This document shows, piece after piece, positions 1 to 10,056 of a stretch of DNA of 57,522 bases. The DNA is taken from the IMG/VR virus record IMGVR_UViG_3300025543_000027, positions 1 through 57,522 of that record; one strand, 5' to 3'. The translations under genes were made by a program, and so were the position numbers. The stretch is from a virus (Duplodnaviria > Caudoviricetes). The notes below the pieces were generated by a model. That model was not told the DNA's origin, ran no database searches, and saw only the letters and a program-made list of their open reading frames with translations. The first letter of the stretch is position 1. Each line of letters begins with the position of its first letter.

Positions 1-1
1 G

Positions 2-34
2 TTGACAACGGTGTAACCTGTGTTATAATAAATA
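2..34 (+). promoter_or_regulatory. sigma70-type promoter overlapping a T4-type late promoter
   Basis: TTGACA (2-7), 16-nt spacer, TGn-TATAAT (24-29); TAAATA at 29-34 overlaps the -10; AGGAG SD at 42-46. Confidence 0.75.
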
Positions 35-55
35 TTATTATAGGAGATATTGCCA

Positions 56-1048
56 GTGGCAACAAAACGTACTAAATCCACCCTGGATCCTACACAATCG
101 ATAGCATCCACACCGCCTGCGCCAAAAGTAAATTATCTAAACAACAGAGATATTTTAAAAGAGATTCATGCCAGTAAAAACACATATTGCTACTACATCA
201 ATCCCGAAACTGACAGTCAATACGACATCATTTTGCCCAGTCTGGACAAGATCAACCAACGCACTGTGGCAGAAGCACGCCGCAATCGTGCTGACCGTCT
301 CAAGCGGCTGGGCACCATTGTTGATCCATTAAAGATCCCCAATACCGATTTGGTGTTTCGTATCAGCTGTTGGGACCATATTCCGATGGCAGAAAAAAAG
401 ATTCCCAAGTCTGCACAAAAGAAAAAACAAAAACTAGAAGATCTACTAGAATTTGTCGAAGACGAACCTGTTGACGACTCGTTAGACGGTATCCTAGACA
501 AAGGATTGATCAACCCGGTTCGTCAGCGTTTGAACTTTCCTCCGTTTGAACATTTTCGTATTGACGAAAACAAAGAAAAGTACATTGTGGGACGCAGCCA
601 TTGGAAAGGTGATCTTGAAACCGGTGAGTTCAGCAAAGATCACGGCGACATGACACGCAAACTGGCACACATGTTTATGAAACTGTGTGAACGTTATGCT
701 ACTCGTAGCAACTGGCGTGGCTACACCTACAACGAAGAAATGCGCGGACAAGCATTGCTACAGTTGAGCCAAATTGGTTTACAGTTTGATGAATCCAAAA
801 GTCAAAACCCATTTGCTTACTACACAGCAGCCATCACCAATTCGTTCACACGTATTTTGAACTTGGAAAAGAAAAGCCAGAACATACGAGATGATATTTT
901 GGAAATCAATGGTCTTAGCCCAAGTTGGACCAGACAAAATCTCGGCAAAGCCACCATGGCTCAATTGAGTGGTCCTGTTACCATTACCACTTACATTGTT
1001 GACAAACCTGCCGAAGAAGCCGAACCCGAATCGATCAAAACTGAATAA
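56..1048 (+). CDS. gp55: late-transcription sigma factor (T4 gp55-like) with a long extra N-terminal/central region
   Basis: NYLNNRDIL and YATRSNWRGYTYNEEM...FDESKSQNPFAYYT motifs typical of gp55; sits upstream of gp47. GTG at 56 is better spaced from the SD than TTG at 50. Confidence 0.85.
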   Translation: MATKRTKSTLDPTQSIASTPPAPKVNYLNNRDILKEIHASKNTYCYYINPETDSQYDIILPSLDKINQRTVAEARRNRADRLKRLGTIVDPLKIPNTDLVFRISCWDHIPMAEKKIPKSAQKKKQKLEDLLEFVEDEPVDDSLDGILDKGLINPVRQRLNFPPFEHFRIDENKEKYIVGRSHWKGDLETGEFSKDHGDMTRKLAHMFMKLCERYATRSNWRGYTYNEEMRGQALLQLSQIGLQFDESKSQNPFAYYTAAITNSFTRILNLEKKSQNIRDDILEINGLSPSWTRQNLGKATMAQLSGPVTITTYIVDKPAEEAEPESIKTE

Positions 1049-1070
1049 CTCAGTTTGGCTCAATACTCGA

Positions 1071-1100
1071 TTGCTCACACCCGCGGGTGTGTGCTATAAT
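1071..1100 (+). promoter_or_regulatory. sigma70-type promoter with a perfect 16-bp palindrome in the spacer
   Basis: TTGCTC (1071-1076), TGn-TATAAT (1095-1100); CACACCCGCGGGTGTG at 1076-1091; ATG 7 nt after the -10. Confidence 0.65.
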
Positions 1101-1107
1101 AGTTGTT

Positions 1108-2121
1108 ATGAATCTATTTAAAAAAGTTGCTGTCTGCACAGACATCCATTTTGGGCTCAAGTCCAACAGTTTGGTTCACAATCAAGACTGCGAGCAGTTT
1201 ATTGATTGGTTCATCGAAACGGCTAAAGCACAAGGTTGCGAAACTGGAATGTTTTTGGGCGACTGGCATCATCATCGTGCCAGTATCAATTTACAAACAT
1301 TGAACTTTAGTTTACGCAGTTTGGAAAAACTGTCAGCGGCGTTCGAACGGTTTTTCTTTATTCCTGGCAATCACGATTTGTACTATCGTGACAAACGTGA
1401 TATACACGGTGCTGAGTGGGCCAAGCATTTGCCCAACATCACAGTGTGCAACGACTGGTTCCAGGAAGGTGACGTGGTCATTGCTCCTTGGCTAGTGGGC
1501 GACGATCACAAACGTATTCCCAAGATGAGTGCCAAATACATGTTTGGGCACTTTGAGTTGCCGCATTTCAAAATGAATGCCATGGTTGAAATGCCAGACC
1601 ACGGCGAAGTCAAGGTTGAGAGCTTTGGTGGTTTCGAAAGTGTGTATTCCGGACACTTCCATCTACGGCAACAGAAAAAGAATATCAATTACATTGGCAA
1701 CTGCTTTCCGCATAACTTTGCTGATGCAGGCGACGGCAATCGCGGTATGTTGGTCAAGTCTTGGGGACAAGAAGATCAATACTTTTCATGGCCTGGGCAA
1801 CCGTTGTATCGTGTGATGCGACTGAGCAATGTGATCGACGATGCGCCCAACTTGTTGGCCGCCAACATGCATGTACGAGTGGAATTGGATATCGATATCA
1901 GTTACGAAGAAGCTAACTTTATCAAAGAAACATTTGTCAAAGATTACAGTCTAAGAGAAATGGCACTAATTAATGTAAAGAGCAATGCTGTGGACGCTGA
2001 TCTTGCACCAGGTGATGTTACCTTTGAAAGTGTAGATCAAATTGTCACTGATCAAATTACCAATATTGAATCAGAATTTTACGACAATAAACTATTATTA
2101 AAAATATATCAGAACTTATGA
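1108..2121 (+). CDS. gp47: recombination endonuclease subunit (gp47, Mre11/SbcD-like metallophosphoesterase)
   Basis: DIHFG, LGDWHH, GNHD, GHFE and SGHFH metallophosphoesterase motifs; ATG 1108 preferred over GTG 1087, which lies inside the promoter. Confidence 0.92.
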   Translation: MNLFKKVAVCTDIHFGLKSNSLVHNQDCEQFIDWFIETAKAQGCETGMFLGDWHHHRASINLQTLNFSLRSLEKLSAAFERFFFIPGNHDLYYRDKRDIHGAEWAKHLPNITVCNDWFQEGDVVIAPWLVGDDHKRIPKMSAKYMFGHFELPHFKMNAMVEMPDHGEVKVESFGGFESVYSGHFHLRQQKKNINYIGNCFPHNFADAGDGNRGMLVKSWGQEDQYFSWPGQPLYRVMRLSNVIDDAPNLLAANMHVRVELDIDISYEEANFIKETFVKDYSLREMALINVKSNAVDADLAPGDVTFESVDQIVTDQITNIESEFYDNKLLLKIYQNL

Positions 2122-2855
2122 AAATTTTAGTATGCGGATCTAGCTATACGTCGGGCGACGGGTTAACGGATCGCAATTTAGCATGGCCGTTTGTTTTTCA
2201 AAATCTCTGCGGGCATCAAGTTATTAATACCGCAGTCGACGGCGCTAGTATTGATTATGTTTGTTATACAGTAGTAAAGGAAGTTTCTACTCATAACTAT
2301 AAAAATGTTATCATAACCTGGCCGCCACTGGGTCGAAAGTTGTTTGTAAGGAGAGAAAATAATTTTCTCATTAACGGTAACCCTACATTTTATAATACAT
2401 TGTACGGTTCTGCAAAAGAATTTAAAGTTTTTTTAAACTTGTACTACAAATATTGGTCTAATGAACTATACGATCTTAAATTTACATTACAAAAAATTTT
2501 ACTAATACAAAATTTTTTAGAAAACAAAAATTGCAAATATATATTTTTAAATACAAATCCTTATGAGTTAGACTGCTGGACTACTTTATCAACGTTGTCA
2601 TCTAAAAATAAAAATAACATGTTATCTGCCTTTGATTGTATGAACGATGAACAAATTTTAGCGGAAGAGAACGAAATTAAAAGTTATGTAAATCAACTGA
2701 GTTATAATTATTTTAATCCATTTAATTATAACCTAACTGATGATTGTTATGAAAAAAATCTTCTTGATGTAACAACTAATCACCCGTCTGCCGACGGACA
2801 CCAATATATAGCCAGATTAATCTGGCAGATATGGAATAAAAATGCTTGTCAATAA
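2118..2855 (+). CDS. SGNH/GDSL-hydrolase-like protein
   Basis: N-terminal CGSSYTSG, NTAVDGAS and C-terminal NHPSADGH resemble SGNH blocks I, II and V; AT-rich; ATGA overlap with gp47. Confidence 0.6.
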   Translation: MKILVCGSSYTSGDGLTDRNLAWPFVFQNLCGHQVINTAVDGASIDYVCYTVVKEVSTHNYKNVIITWPPLGRKLFVRRENNFLINGNPTFYNTLYGSAKEFKVFLNLYYKYWSNELYDLKFTLQKILLIQNFLENKNCKYIFLNTNPYELDCWTTLSTLSSKNKNNMLSAFDCMNDEQILAEENEIKSYVNQLSYNYFNPFNYNLTDDCYEKNLLDVTTNHPSADGHQYIARLIWQIWNKNACQ

Positions 2856-3519
2856 AATACTTAATGATCAATTACTAAATCAACTGCCTGTTCCTGGAAA
2901 GACAGGCATTGATTGGTATTTTTTTTGTTGGTTTTTAAATCGTTACAAAAATACAAATATGTTAGAAATTGGTGCCGGCGATGGCGGTAGTACATTGTCC
3001 ATGGCAGCGTTTGCTAAACATCTTACTGTAATTGATAGTTGGGATCAAAATTGGCCTAAAGAAAATGTTGAGATCCTTACTAAAAAATACAATGCTTCTG
3101 TGACATATATTGATAAAAAGAGTCACGAGGTTAAGAGTAACGACCTATTAAATTTTAGTATAGCACATTTAGACGCAAATAAGGATTATCAACATGTTAT
3201 TAACGATTTAGAGTTGGTGAGTAATATAAGCAAAATAATTTGCGTAGACGACTATCTACAAAGTATGTGGCCCGAGGTCACTTGGGCAGTTGACTACTGG
3301 TTAACAGTTTCTAATTGGCGGAGAATTTTTATTTCTAATCATCAAGTGTTCCTTGCTAAAAACGATGTTCCTATTAAAGAAATTGTAGTTAATTGGTCAG
3401 TTATTAATCGCGGGCATGGTTATCATTTAACGTACGGCCCGTTTGACAATTCGCCATTAGTTCAAAGATTTATTGATGCCGGCGACATGACATACACATG
3501 GCACACAAATCAACAATAA
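2842..3519 (+). CDS. class I SAM-dependent methyltransferase
   Basis: MLEIGAGDGGST motif I, IDSW, AHLDANKDY and ICVDDY as in the Methyltransf_24-type family. Confidence 0.75.
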   Translation: MLVNKILNDQLLNQLPVPGKTGIDWYFFCWFLNRYKNTNMLEIGAGDGGSTLSMAAFAKHLTVIDSWDQNWPKENVEILTKKYNASVTYIDKKSHEVKSNDLLNFSIAHLDANKDYQHVINDLELVSNISKIICVDDYLQSMWPEVTWAVDYWLTVSNWRRIFISNHQVFLAKNDVPIKEIVVNWSVINRGHGYHLTYGPFDNSPLVQRFIDAGDMTYTWHTNQQ

Positions 3520-3520
3520 T

Positions 3521-4087
3521 ATGAAATTAGCAATTTTTGGTGATAGTTTTGGAGTACAAAAATTAAATCAACCGTACAAAGGTTGGGTAGATCTTCTTTC
3601 TCAGCATTTTGATATCACTAACCATTGCGAATGCGGAGTTAGCGAGTATAAAATATTAAAACAGTTACAAGCAACAGACCTAACTCAATTTGATAAAACG
3701 TTAATTGTTCATACTAGTGCTACAAGAACTTACGTAAAATATAATCCGTTGCATTATGATAGCAAGTATCATAAAAATTGTGATATTATTTTAACAGATG
3801 TTGAACACGGTGATACTGAATTTAATCTTGCATGTCGACTGTATTTTAAACATATTTTTGATTTGGATTACGCTATTGATATTCACAACATGATTTGCAA
3901 CACAATTAACACATATTGTCAAGGTAAGTCTGTAGTACATACTACTCATTTTGATTATTCAGATTTATTTCAATTTACAGATATGATTAATTTCCATAAT
4001 TTATTTTTAAATCATCGCGGCAATGTCAACCATTATACTAAAATTGGCAATTACAAAATTTATCAATTACTACTAAAGGTTTTATGA
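3521..4087 (+). CDS. SGNH-like hypothetical protein
   Basis: IFGDSF N-terminal block and C-terminal NHYTKIGN; AT-rich. Confidence 0.55.
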   Translation: MKLAIFGDSFGVQKLNQPYKGWVDLLSQHFDITNHCECGVSEYKILKQLQATDLTQFDKTLIVHTSATRTYVKYNPLHYDSKYHKNCDIILTDVEHGDTEFNLACRLYFKHIFDLDYAIDIHNMICNTINTYCQGKSVVHTTHFDYSDLFQFTDMINFHNLFLNHRGNVNHYTKIGNYKIYQLLLKVL

Positions 4088-5847
4088 TCCATATACAAAA
4101 CTTAACAGTTAAAAACTTCATGAGTGTGGGCAACAGCACTCAAGGTATCAACTTTGACCGCAACGACCTAACACTTGTGCTAGGCGAAAACCTAGACTTG
4201 GGCGGCGACGGAAGTAGAAACGGCACAGGCAAGACAACAATTATCAACGCACTCAGCTATGCGCTGTACGGAACAGCACTTAGCAATATCCGTAAGGATA
4301 ACCTGGTCAACAAAACCAATGCCAAAAACATGATGGTCAGTTTGGACTTTGGAGTAGGTGGTAAGTTGTACAGAATCGAACGCGGGCGCAAGCCCAACGT
4401 GTTACGTTTCTATGTGGACAATCAAGAACAAGAAGCGACAGACAACGCACAAGGTGACAGTAGAGAAACACAAGCATCTATTGAACGTACACTGGGCTTG
4501 AGTCACGATATGTTCAAACATATCTTGGCGTTGAACACCTACACTGAACCGTTTCTGAGTTTGAAGGCCAACGATCAACGAACAATCATTGAGCAACTGC
4601 TGGGTATTACTATGCTGAGTGACCGTGCTGATCGTATCAAAGAACTCAATCGCAACACCAAGGACGGCATTACACAAGAAGAATTCCGTATTCGTGCTGT
4701 ACAAGAAGCCAACAAACGAATTGAGGAACAGATTGAAAGTTTGAAGCGTAGACAAACAATGTGGGCCACCAAGCACACAGAAGAATTGTCTAAGTTAGAA
4801 AGTGCTCTTGCTGAATTGCAAAAAATTAACATTGCAGCAGAAATTCAAGCACACAAAGATCATGCCGCGTGGGATCAGCGCAGGAAAGACTTTAACGAAT
4901 TGGCTACTGCCATCAGCAGATGCAAACTAGACCTACAACGTGAGCAAAAGACTGTTGCCAAACTGTCCAAAGAAATTGCCACACTCGAGTCACACACCTG
5001 CCATACATGTGGTCAGGCATTTCATGATGAAAAACAAGCAATTGTGTTGGCTGACAAACACAAAGAGTTAGCCGAAGCAACAGACTCTGCTGTAGCATAC
5101 TCAGCTACATTAACAGAGCTGCAAACAGCCAGTGATGCTATCGGTGAAATTGGCAAGCCTCCTAAGATGTTCTATGATCATGAAGAGGATGCCATTTCAC
5201 ATAGAACAACACTCGCTGGATTAGAACAACAAATTGCAATCAAACTGACTGAAGTTGATCCGTACAGTGAACAAATTGATGAAATGCAATCACACGCATT
5301 GCAAGAAGTCAGCTACGATACTGTAAATGAACTTACACGACTACAAGAACATCAAGAGTTTTTGTTAAAACTGTTGACCAGTAAGGATAGTTTTATTCGT
5401 AAGAAGATCATTGAACAAAACCTAAGTTACTTAAATACAAGACTTACATATTACCTTGATCGGATTGGGTTGCCGCATACTGTGGTTTTTCAAAATGATT
5501 TGAGCGTGAGCATTGAAGAACTAGGACGTGAATTGGACTTTGACAATTTGAGCCGAGGTGAACGAAACAGGCTTATACTCAGTATGAGCTGGGCATTCCG
5601 CGATGTGTACGAAAGTTTGTATCAGCCAATCAATGTGTTGTTCGTTGACGAAATGATCGATTCAGGCATGGACACACAAGGTGTTGAAAACAGTCTGGCA
5701 TTGCTCAAGCACATGAGCCGAGAGCGTCACAAGAGCATATGGCTAGTAAGTCACAGAGATGAACTGGCAGGACGAGTTGAGAACATTCTCAAAGTGGTCA
5801 AAGAAAATGGCTTTACCAGCTACAACACGGATATTGAAATGACATAA
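4084..5847 (+). CDS. gp46: recombination ATPase subunit (gp46, Rad50/SbcC-like)
   Basis: Walker A NGTGKTT, coiled coils with CHTC zinc hook, LSRGE signature, LFVDE Walker B, VSH H-loop. Confidence 0.93.
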   Translation: MIHIQNLTVKNFMSVGNSTQGINFDRNDLTLVLGENLDLGGDGSRNGTGKTTIINALSYALYGTALSNIRKDNLVNKTNAKNMMVSLDFGVGGKLYRIERGRKPNVLRFYVDNQEQEATDNAQGDSRETQASIERTLGLSHDMFKHILALNTYTEPFLSLKANDQRTIIEQLLGITMLSDRADRIKELNRNTKDGITQEEFRIRAVQEANKRIEEQIESLKRRQTMWATKHTEELSKLESALAELQKINIAAEIQAHKDHAAWDQRRKDFNELATAISRCKLDLQREQKTVAKLSKEIATLESHTCHTCGQAFHDEKQAIVLADKHKELAEATDSAVAYSATLTELQTASDAIGEIGKPPKMFYDHEEDAISHRTTLAGLEQQIAIKLTEVDPYSEQIDEMQSHALQEVSYDTVNELTRLQEHQEFLLKLLTSKDSFIRKKIIEQNLSYLNTRLTYYLDRIGLPHTVVFQNDLSVSIEELGRELDFDNLSRGERNRLILSMSWAFRDVYESLYQPINVLFVDEMIDSGMDTQGVENSLALLKHMSRERHKSIWLVSHRDELAGRVENILKVVKENGFTSYNTDIEMT

Positions 5848-5851
5848 CAAC

Positions 5852-7354
5852 ATGACCGATGCAATAATTTTATCTGTCCCACGTATGGCAGCAGTGCGGC
5901 CAGCAGCGGGCCCTGCTATCATTAAACAAATTTACAATCAACACGGCATATCAAGTAAATGCCTGGATATTAATCTTGATTACTGGACAAGATTTCAACA
6001 AGAGTGCGATCTTGAAATTTGGAACAATATTGACGAGTTCTTGTTTATAAAAAATATCAAGTTGAGCGCCGTTGCGGAACAAAAATTTAATGAGTTTATA
6101 GATCATTGGGTTACAATAATAAATCAATACAATCCTCGGCAATTATTGGTTAGTGTGTTTAGCTGGCAAGCACAACAGTTTACTGAAAAATTCTTAGAAA
6201 AATTTAGATTACAAAATACCTGCGAAGTTATTATAGGCGGGCAGGGACTTATCAGAGAAGAAAACGGAAGTTTTTCTCTTGTGCCTTCGTTTGCTCATTA
6301 TCTTAAAGATAAAAATCTAATTGATCATTGGATACGAGGTGAGGCAGAATCTACCATTCCTGAAATTATACGTGGGAATTATTTGGCAGCGGGCATAGAC
6401 ACTAATTTTCTAGCTGAAAGAAGCGATATCAAGTCCCATGCGGCAATGGACTTTGGTGATTTTGATATTACTTCTTATAAAAACGGCACCGAGCATGGTG
6501 TCTTGCCAATCGAAAGTTCCAGAGGATGTATTAGAAGTTGCATGTTTTGTGATATCCCTACTATGCAAGGAGGATTTCGAGTCAAACCAGGATTACAACT
6601 TGCGAACGAAATGCTACAGTATTATGAAAAATATGGCGTTCGTACATTCTTTTTTCATGATGCACTATGCAACGGCAGTATGAAGGACTTTCGCGTATTC
6701 AATCAGACATTAATAAATTATTACGAAGAAAAAGGATTGCCGGATCGTACACTAAGTTATAGCAGTCATGCAATTGTACGAACACAGGCTGCTATGGCTC
6801 CGAAAGATTTTGAACTTATGGGCAGAGCGGGCGCCGAAACAATGGTGCTAGGAATCGAAAGCGGCAGTGATGCTGTACTTGCTAGTATGCGCAAAGGGTT
6901 TACACAAGAAGATTTAAACTACAATATGCAAGAATACAGTAAAAATGGTATTCAGGTATATTTTTTAATCATAACTGGATGGCCAACTGAAACTGAAAAA
7001 GATCACCAGGACACTATAGATATGCTAACTCGCTATCAAAAGTACGTGGCGGACGGAACTATCATTGGAGTAAATTTAGGTACTACACTTACTATCGAGC
7101 AAGGAACACCGTTATATGATAATCCATTGTCAATCAATGTTGTAGGAATTAACGATCGTCCTCCGCAAGGAACCGAATGGGTATGTACTACAAATACTGA
7201 GCTGACTTATAAACGCAGAATCATGCGCAGAATAGAGATTCAAGAACACTGTCACAATCTTGGGTACACTTTCTGGAAGGGCGACGACCAACTCAAAATT
7301 ATGATGGACAAATATCAAGAAAGACTATCCATGATACAGGGAATGATACATTGA
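5852..7354 (+). CDS. B12-binding-domain radical SAM enzyme
   Basis: SRGCIRSCMFC (CX3CX2C), N-terminal IIGG...RGEAE cobalamin-binding-like domain, GIESGS, ITGWPTET. Confidence 0.85.
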   Translation: MTDAIILSVPRMAAVRPAAGPAIIKQIYNQHGISSKCLDINLDYWTRFQQECDLEIWNNIDEFLFIKNIKLSAVAEQKFNEFIDHWVTIINQYNPRQLLVSVFSWQAQQFTEKFLEKFRLQNTCEVIIGGQGLIREENGSFSLVPSFAHYLKDKNLIDHWIRGEAESTIPEIIRGNYLAAGIDTNFLAERSDIKSHAAMDFGDFDITSYKNGTEHGVLPIESSRGCIRSCMFCDIPTMQGGFRVKPGLQLANEMLQYYEKYGVRTFFFHDALCNGSMKDFRVFNQTLINYYEEKGLPDRTLSYSSHAIVRTQAAMAPKDFELMGRAGAETMVLGIESGSDAVLASMRKGFTQEDLNYNMQEYSKNGIQVYFLIITGWPTETEKDHQDTIDMLTRYQKYVADGTIIGVNLGTTLTIEQGTPLYDNPLSINVVGINDRPPQGTEWVCTTNTELTYKRRIMRRIEIQEHCHNLGYTFWKGDDQLKIMMDKYQERLSMIQGMIH

Positions 7355-7866
7355 AAATCAACATTGTATTAGACGTTGAAAAACGACTAGGAGATCCGCT
7401 GATTAAAATAACAATTGACGACTACATGTTGTTGTACGAAGGAGTTGCTCAAGAACAATTTGAGTTTGATGTATTGCTTGAAGACGGTCATCATGAAATT
7501 AAAATCACACACTATGGTAAAACTATACATCACCATCAACTCGACGACAACGGAAAAATAGTAATTGATCGTCACGTGGAGATTTTAGGTATCACACTGG
7601 ACGAAGTTGTGCTTAAAGACGAACTGTGGTCTGGCAGATTTTTTCCAGTTTATTTGCACAAAGCCGATCATGAGCCGTATTTTATATGTCCTAATTTATA
7701 TCTTGGACACAACGGAACTTGGATCATGGAGTTTAGTACACCTGCTATTCAATGGTTAATCAATTGCCGGAAGCCCGGCCCGGATTTAAATAATACCATT
7801 TTCAAATCCGGGCATGATGTTTTGCTACAAATGAAAAGTAAATTTACGGATTTCCCTGATGTTTAA
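7351..7866 (+). CDS. hypothetical protein
   Basis: 171-aa ORF with TTG start overlapping both neighbouring radical SAM genes. Confidence 0.7.
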   Translation: MKINIVLDVEKRLGDPLIKITIDDYMLLYEGVAQEQFEFDVLLEDGHHEIKITHYGKTIHHHQLDDNGKIVIDRHVEILGITLDEVVLKDELWSGRFFPVYLHKADHEPYFICPNLYLGHNGTWIMEFSTPAIQWLINCRKPGPDLNNTIFKSGHDVLLQMKSKFTDFPDV

Positions 7867-8974
7867 TCACGACATAATCGACGAGTACCAAATTGAGATC
7901 ACCGCATACTGCAATGCAGCGTGTCCCCAGTGTCCGAGAAATCTCAACGGGCACGGTATCAATTCGCACATGCCGTTGACCCACTTGTCTAGAATTGCAA
8001 TTGATACCACGTTTGATATTGCACTGTGTACTAGATTACGGCAAATATTTTTTTGCGGAAGTTATGGAGATCCTATTATGCATCCAGAGTTTCTTGATAT
8101 ATTAAGAGACTTTAGACGTAAGAATCCCACATTGTGGCTATACATACACACAAACGGCGGAGTACATGACACAGAATATTGGTCCGAAATTGCCAACATA
8201 ATGGCCGGATATGGCCAGATTGATTTTGGAATTGATGGACTCGAAGACACTTTACATTTGTACAGAAAGAATGTAAAATACAGTAAGGTTATAGAAAACG
8301 CAACAGCGTTTATCAATGCTGGCGGCAGAGCACAATGGAATTTCATTGTGTTTAAACACAATCAACATCAAGTTGACGAAGTTAAACAACTGGGAAAAGA
8401 ATTAAAATTCTTCAATGTGTTGATTAGAAAGACCGGAAGATTTTTAAATCATGCTACCGTAGAAGAAATGCCAAGTTGGCCGGTTAGAAACGAATATGTA
8501 TTAGAACCACCAAGTCTTCCAGAGTATCGAAATCAAAGCATGTTATTCTTGCCTGATTTAAAAAAAGAATATAGTAATATCAAAGAATATTTTGATACAA
8601 CAGAAATAAAATGCGATGCGTTGCTTGGCAAAAAAGTTGCTATCAACGCAGAAGGATTAGTGCTGCCATGTAATTTTTTCAATCATAATTTATACGATCG
8701 ACGATTTTATGAAGACGGAGTATTACCGGGTGCTAACCCATTGAGTACAGTAAATGGTAAGAATCAAGTGCGTGAGTTTTTAGAATCGTATAATTTAGAC
8801 AGTTTTAATATTAATAAAAACAGTCTAGAAGATATTTTTAACAATCCCATGTGGAGTGATTTAGTTGCCAGTTGGAATAAAACATTAGCACAAGGCAGAT
8901 TATTTGAATGCGCAATGACATGCGGTTCAAAATTAACAAAAGTTTGGGATCAAGGAGGATCCGTGAAATTATGA
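7859..8974 (+). CDS. radical SAM enzyme with SPASM/twitch-like C-terminal domain
   Basis: CNAACPQC motif, GDP, HTNGG, IDGL; C-terminal C...INAEGLVLPC...CAMTC auxiliary cysteines. Confidence 0.85.
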   Translation: MFNHDIIDEYQIEITAYCNAACPQCPRNLNGHGINSHMPLTHLSRIAIDTTFDIALCTRLRQIFFCGSYGDPIMHPEFLDILRDFRRKNPTLWLYIHTNGGVHDTEYWSEIANIMAGYGQIDFGIDGLEDTLHLYRKNVKYSKVIENATAFINAGGRAQWNFIVFKHNQHQVDEVKQLGKELKFFNVLIRKTGRFLNHATVEEMPSWPVRNEYVLEPPSLPEYRNQSMLFLPDLKKEYSNIKEYFDTTEIKCDALLGKKVAINAEGLVLPCNFFNHNLYDRRFYEDGVLPGANPLSTVNGKNQVREFLESYNLDSFNINKNSLEDIFNNPMWSDLVASWNKTLAQGRLFECAMTCGSKLTKVWDQGGSVKL

Positions 8975-9549
8975 AATATATGGTAACAGGTGGCAATAGA
9001 GGGCTCGGCGAAGCACTGTGTGCTCGTTTTAACGGTGACAGTTATAGCCGGACCGACGGTTACGACATAACCAAAGATAGAGAAAAATTAGTAGAGTCAA
9101 GTTTGAATTATGATGTGTTTGTCAATAATGCATTTGACGGACCGTTTCAGGAATCATGGGCTGACTTTGGACAAGTTAAATTACTGTTTGATGTTGCCAC
9201 GGCATGGAAAAATGCCAACAAAGTTGGGTACATTATCAATATTGGCAGCTCTGGTAGTGAATCTATTGTGGCACCGGACCCTGCATGGGAAACTTACCGT
9301 GTCAGCAAAGCAGCATTGAAACATCATAGCTTACAATGGACACAAGCGTTCAAGGCAAACCAAACACTGTTTAGAACAAGTTTGATCACATTAGATCGAT
9401 TAGACACTACGTTAAGCCGTAGTCGTCCAAACTGGACAGGCAACGGTATTGATTTGTCCGACGTGGGCAACATGATCGACACTTGCATTAGCGTAAAAAA
9501 CAACACCTGCATAGGCGAAATTACTGCGTGGGTAAACTTCGACACATAA
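8971..9549 (+). CDS. short-chain dehydrogenase/reductase
   Basis: TGGNRGLG Rossmann motif, VNNA, IINIGS, catalytic YRVSK; ATG 8971 overlaps the upstream TGA. Confidence 0.85.
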   Translation: MKYMVTGGNRGLGEALCARFNGDSYSRTDGYDITKDREKLVESSLNYDVFVNNAFDGPFQESWADFGQVKLLFDVATAWKNANKVGYIINIGSSGSESIVAPDPAWETYRVSKAALKHHSLQWTQAFKANQTLFRTSLITLDRLDTTLSRSRPNWTGNGIDLSDVGNMIDTCISVKNNTCIGEITAWVNFDT

Positions 9550-9622
9550 TCACTAAAAATATAATACTAATTCATCAACAGGCATAACTACAACACAAAA
9601 GGCAACTCATCAAATACAACAC

Positions 9623-10051
9623 ATGACATGGTACTATCAAGACACTCCAGTTGAGACATTACCCGAAGAATGTGTTGGATTTGTATACTTAATCACCAAT
9701 AATCTCTCCGGACGCAAGTACATAGGCAAAAAATTAGCAAAGTTCTCAAAAACATCAGTAAAAGTAGTAAAACAAAAGAACGGCATCAAAAAGAAAAAGC
9801 GCATACGCACAAAAATCGACAGTGATTGGCGTGAGTACTACGGATCAAGCATTGATCTAGCCGCGGACATCTTAACTTTAGGCACCGAAAACTTCTCTAG
9901 AGAAATACTTTATTATTGCGCCTCCAAGGCAGCATGTTCATACATCGAAGCCAGAGAACAGTTCAATAGAAAAGTATTGGAATCAGACGATTATTACAAT
10001 GGACAAATCAGTGTACGTGTACACGGTAGTCACATCAAAAACAAAATATAG
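9623..10051 (+). CDS. stand-alone GIY-YIG endonuclease (EndoII/Seg-like)
   Basis: GFVYLIT...YIGKK motif, YYGSS, conserved E (YIEARE) and YYN; Lys-rich insertion. Confidence 0.85.
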   Translation: MTWYYQDTPVETLPEECVGFVYLITNNLSGRKYIGKKLAKFSKTSVKVVKQKNGIKKKKRIRTKIDSDWREYYGSSIDLAADILTLGTENFSREILYYCASKAACSYIEAREQFNRKVLESDDYYNGQISVRVHGSHIKNKI

Positions 10052-10056
10052 AAAAG

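Noticed and set aside
9623-10051. Intron-encoded homing endonuclease
   Set aside because: No flanking split gene, and it lacks the C-terminal DNA-binding domains of I-TevI/Seg enzymes
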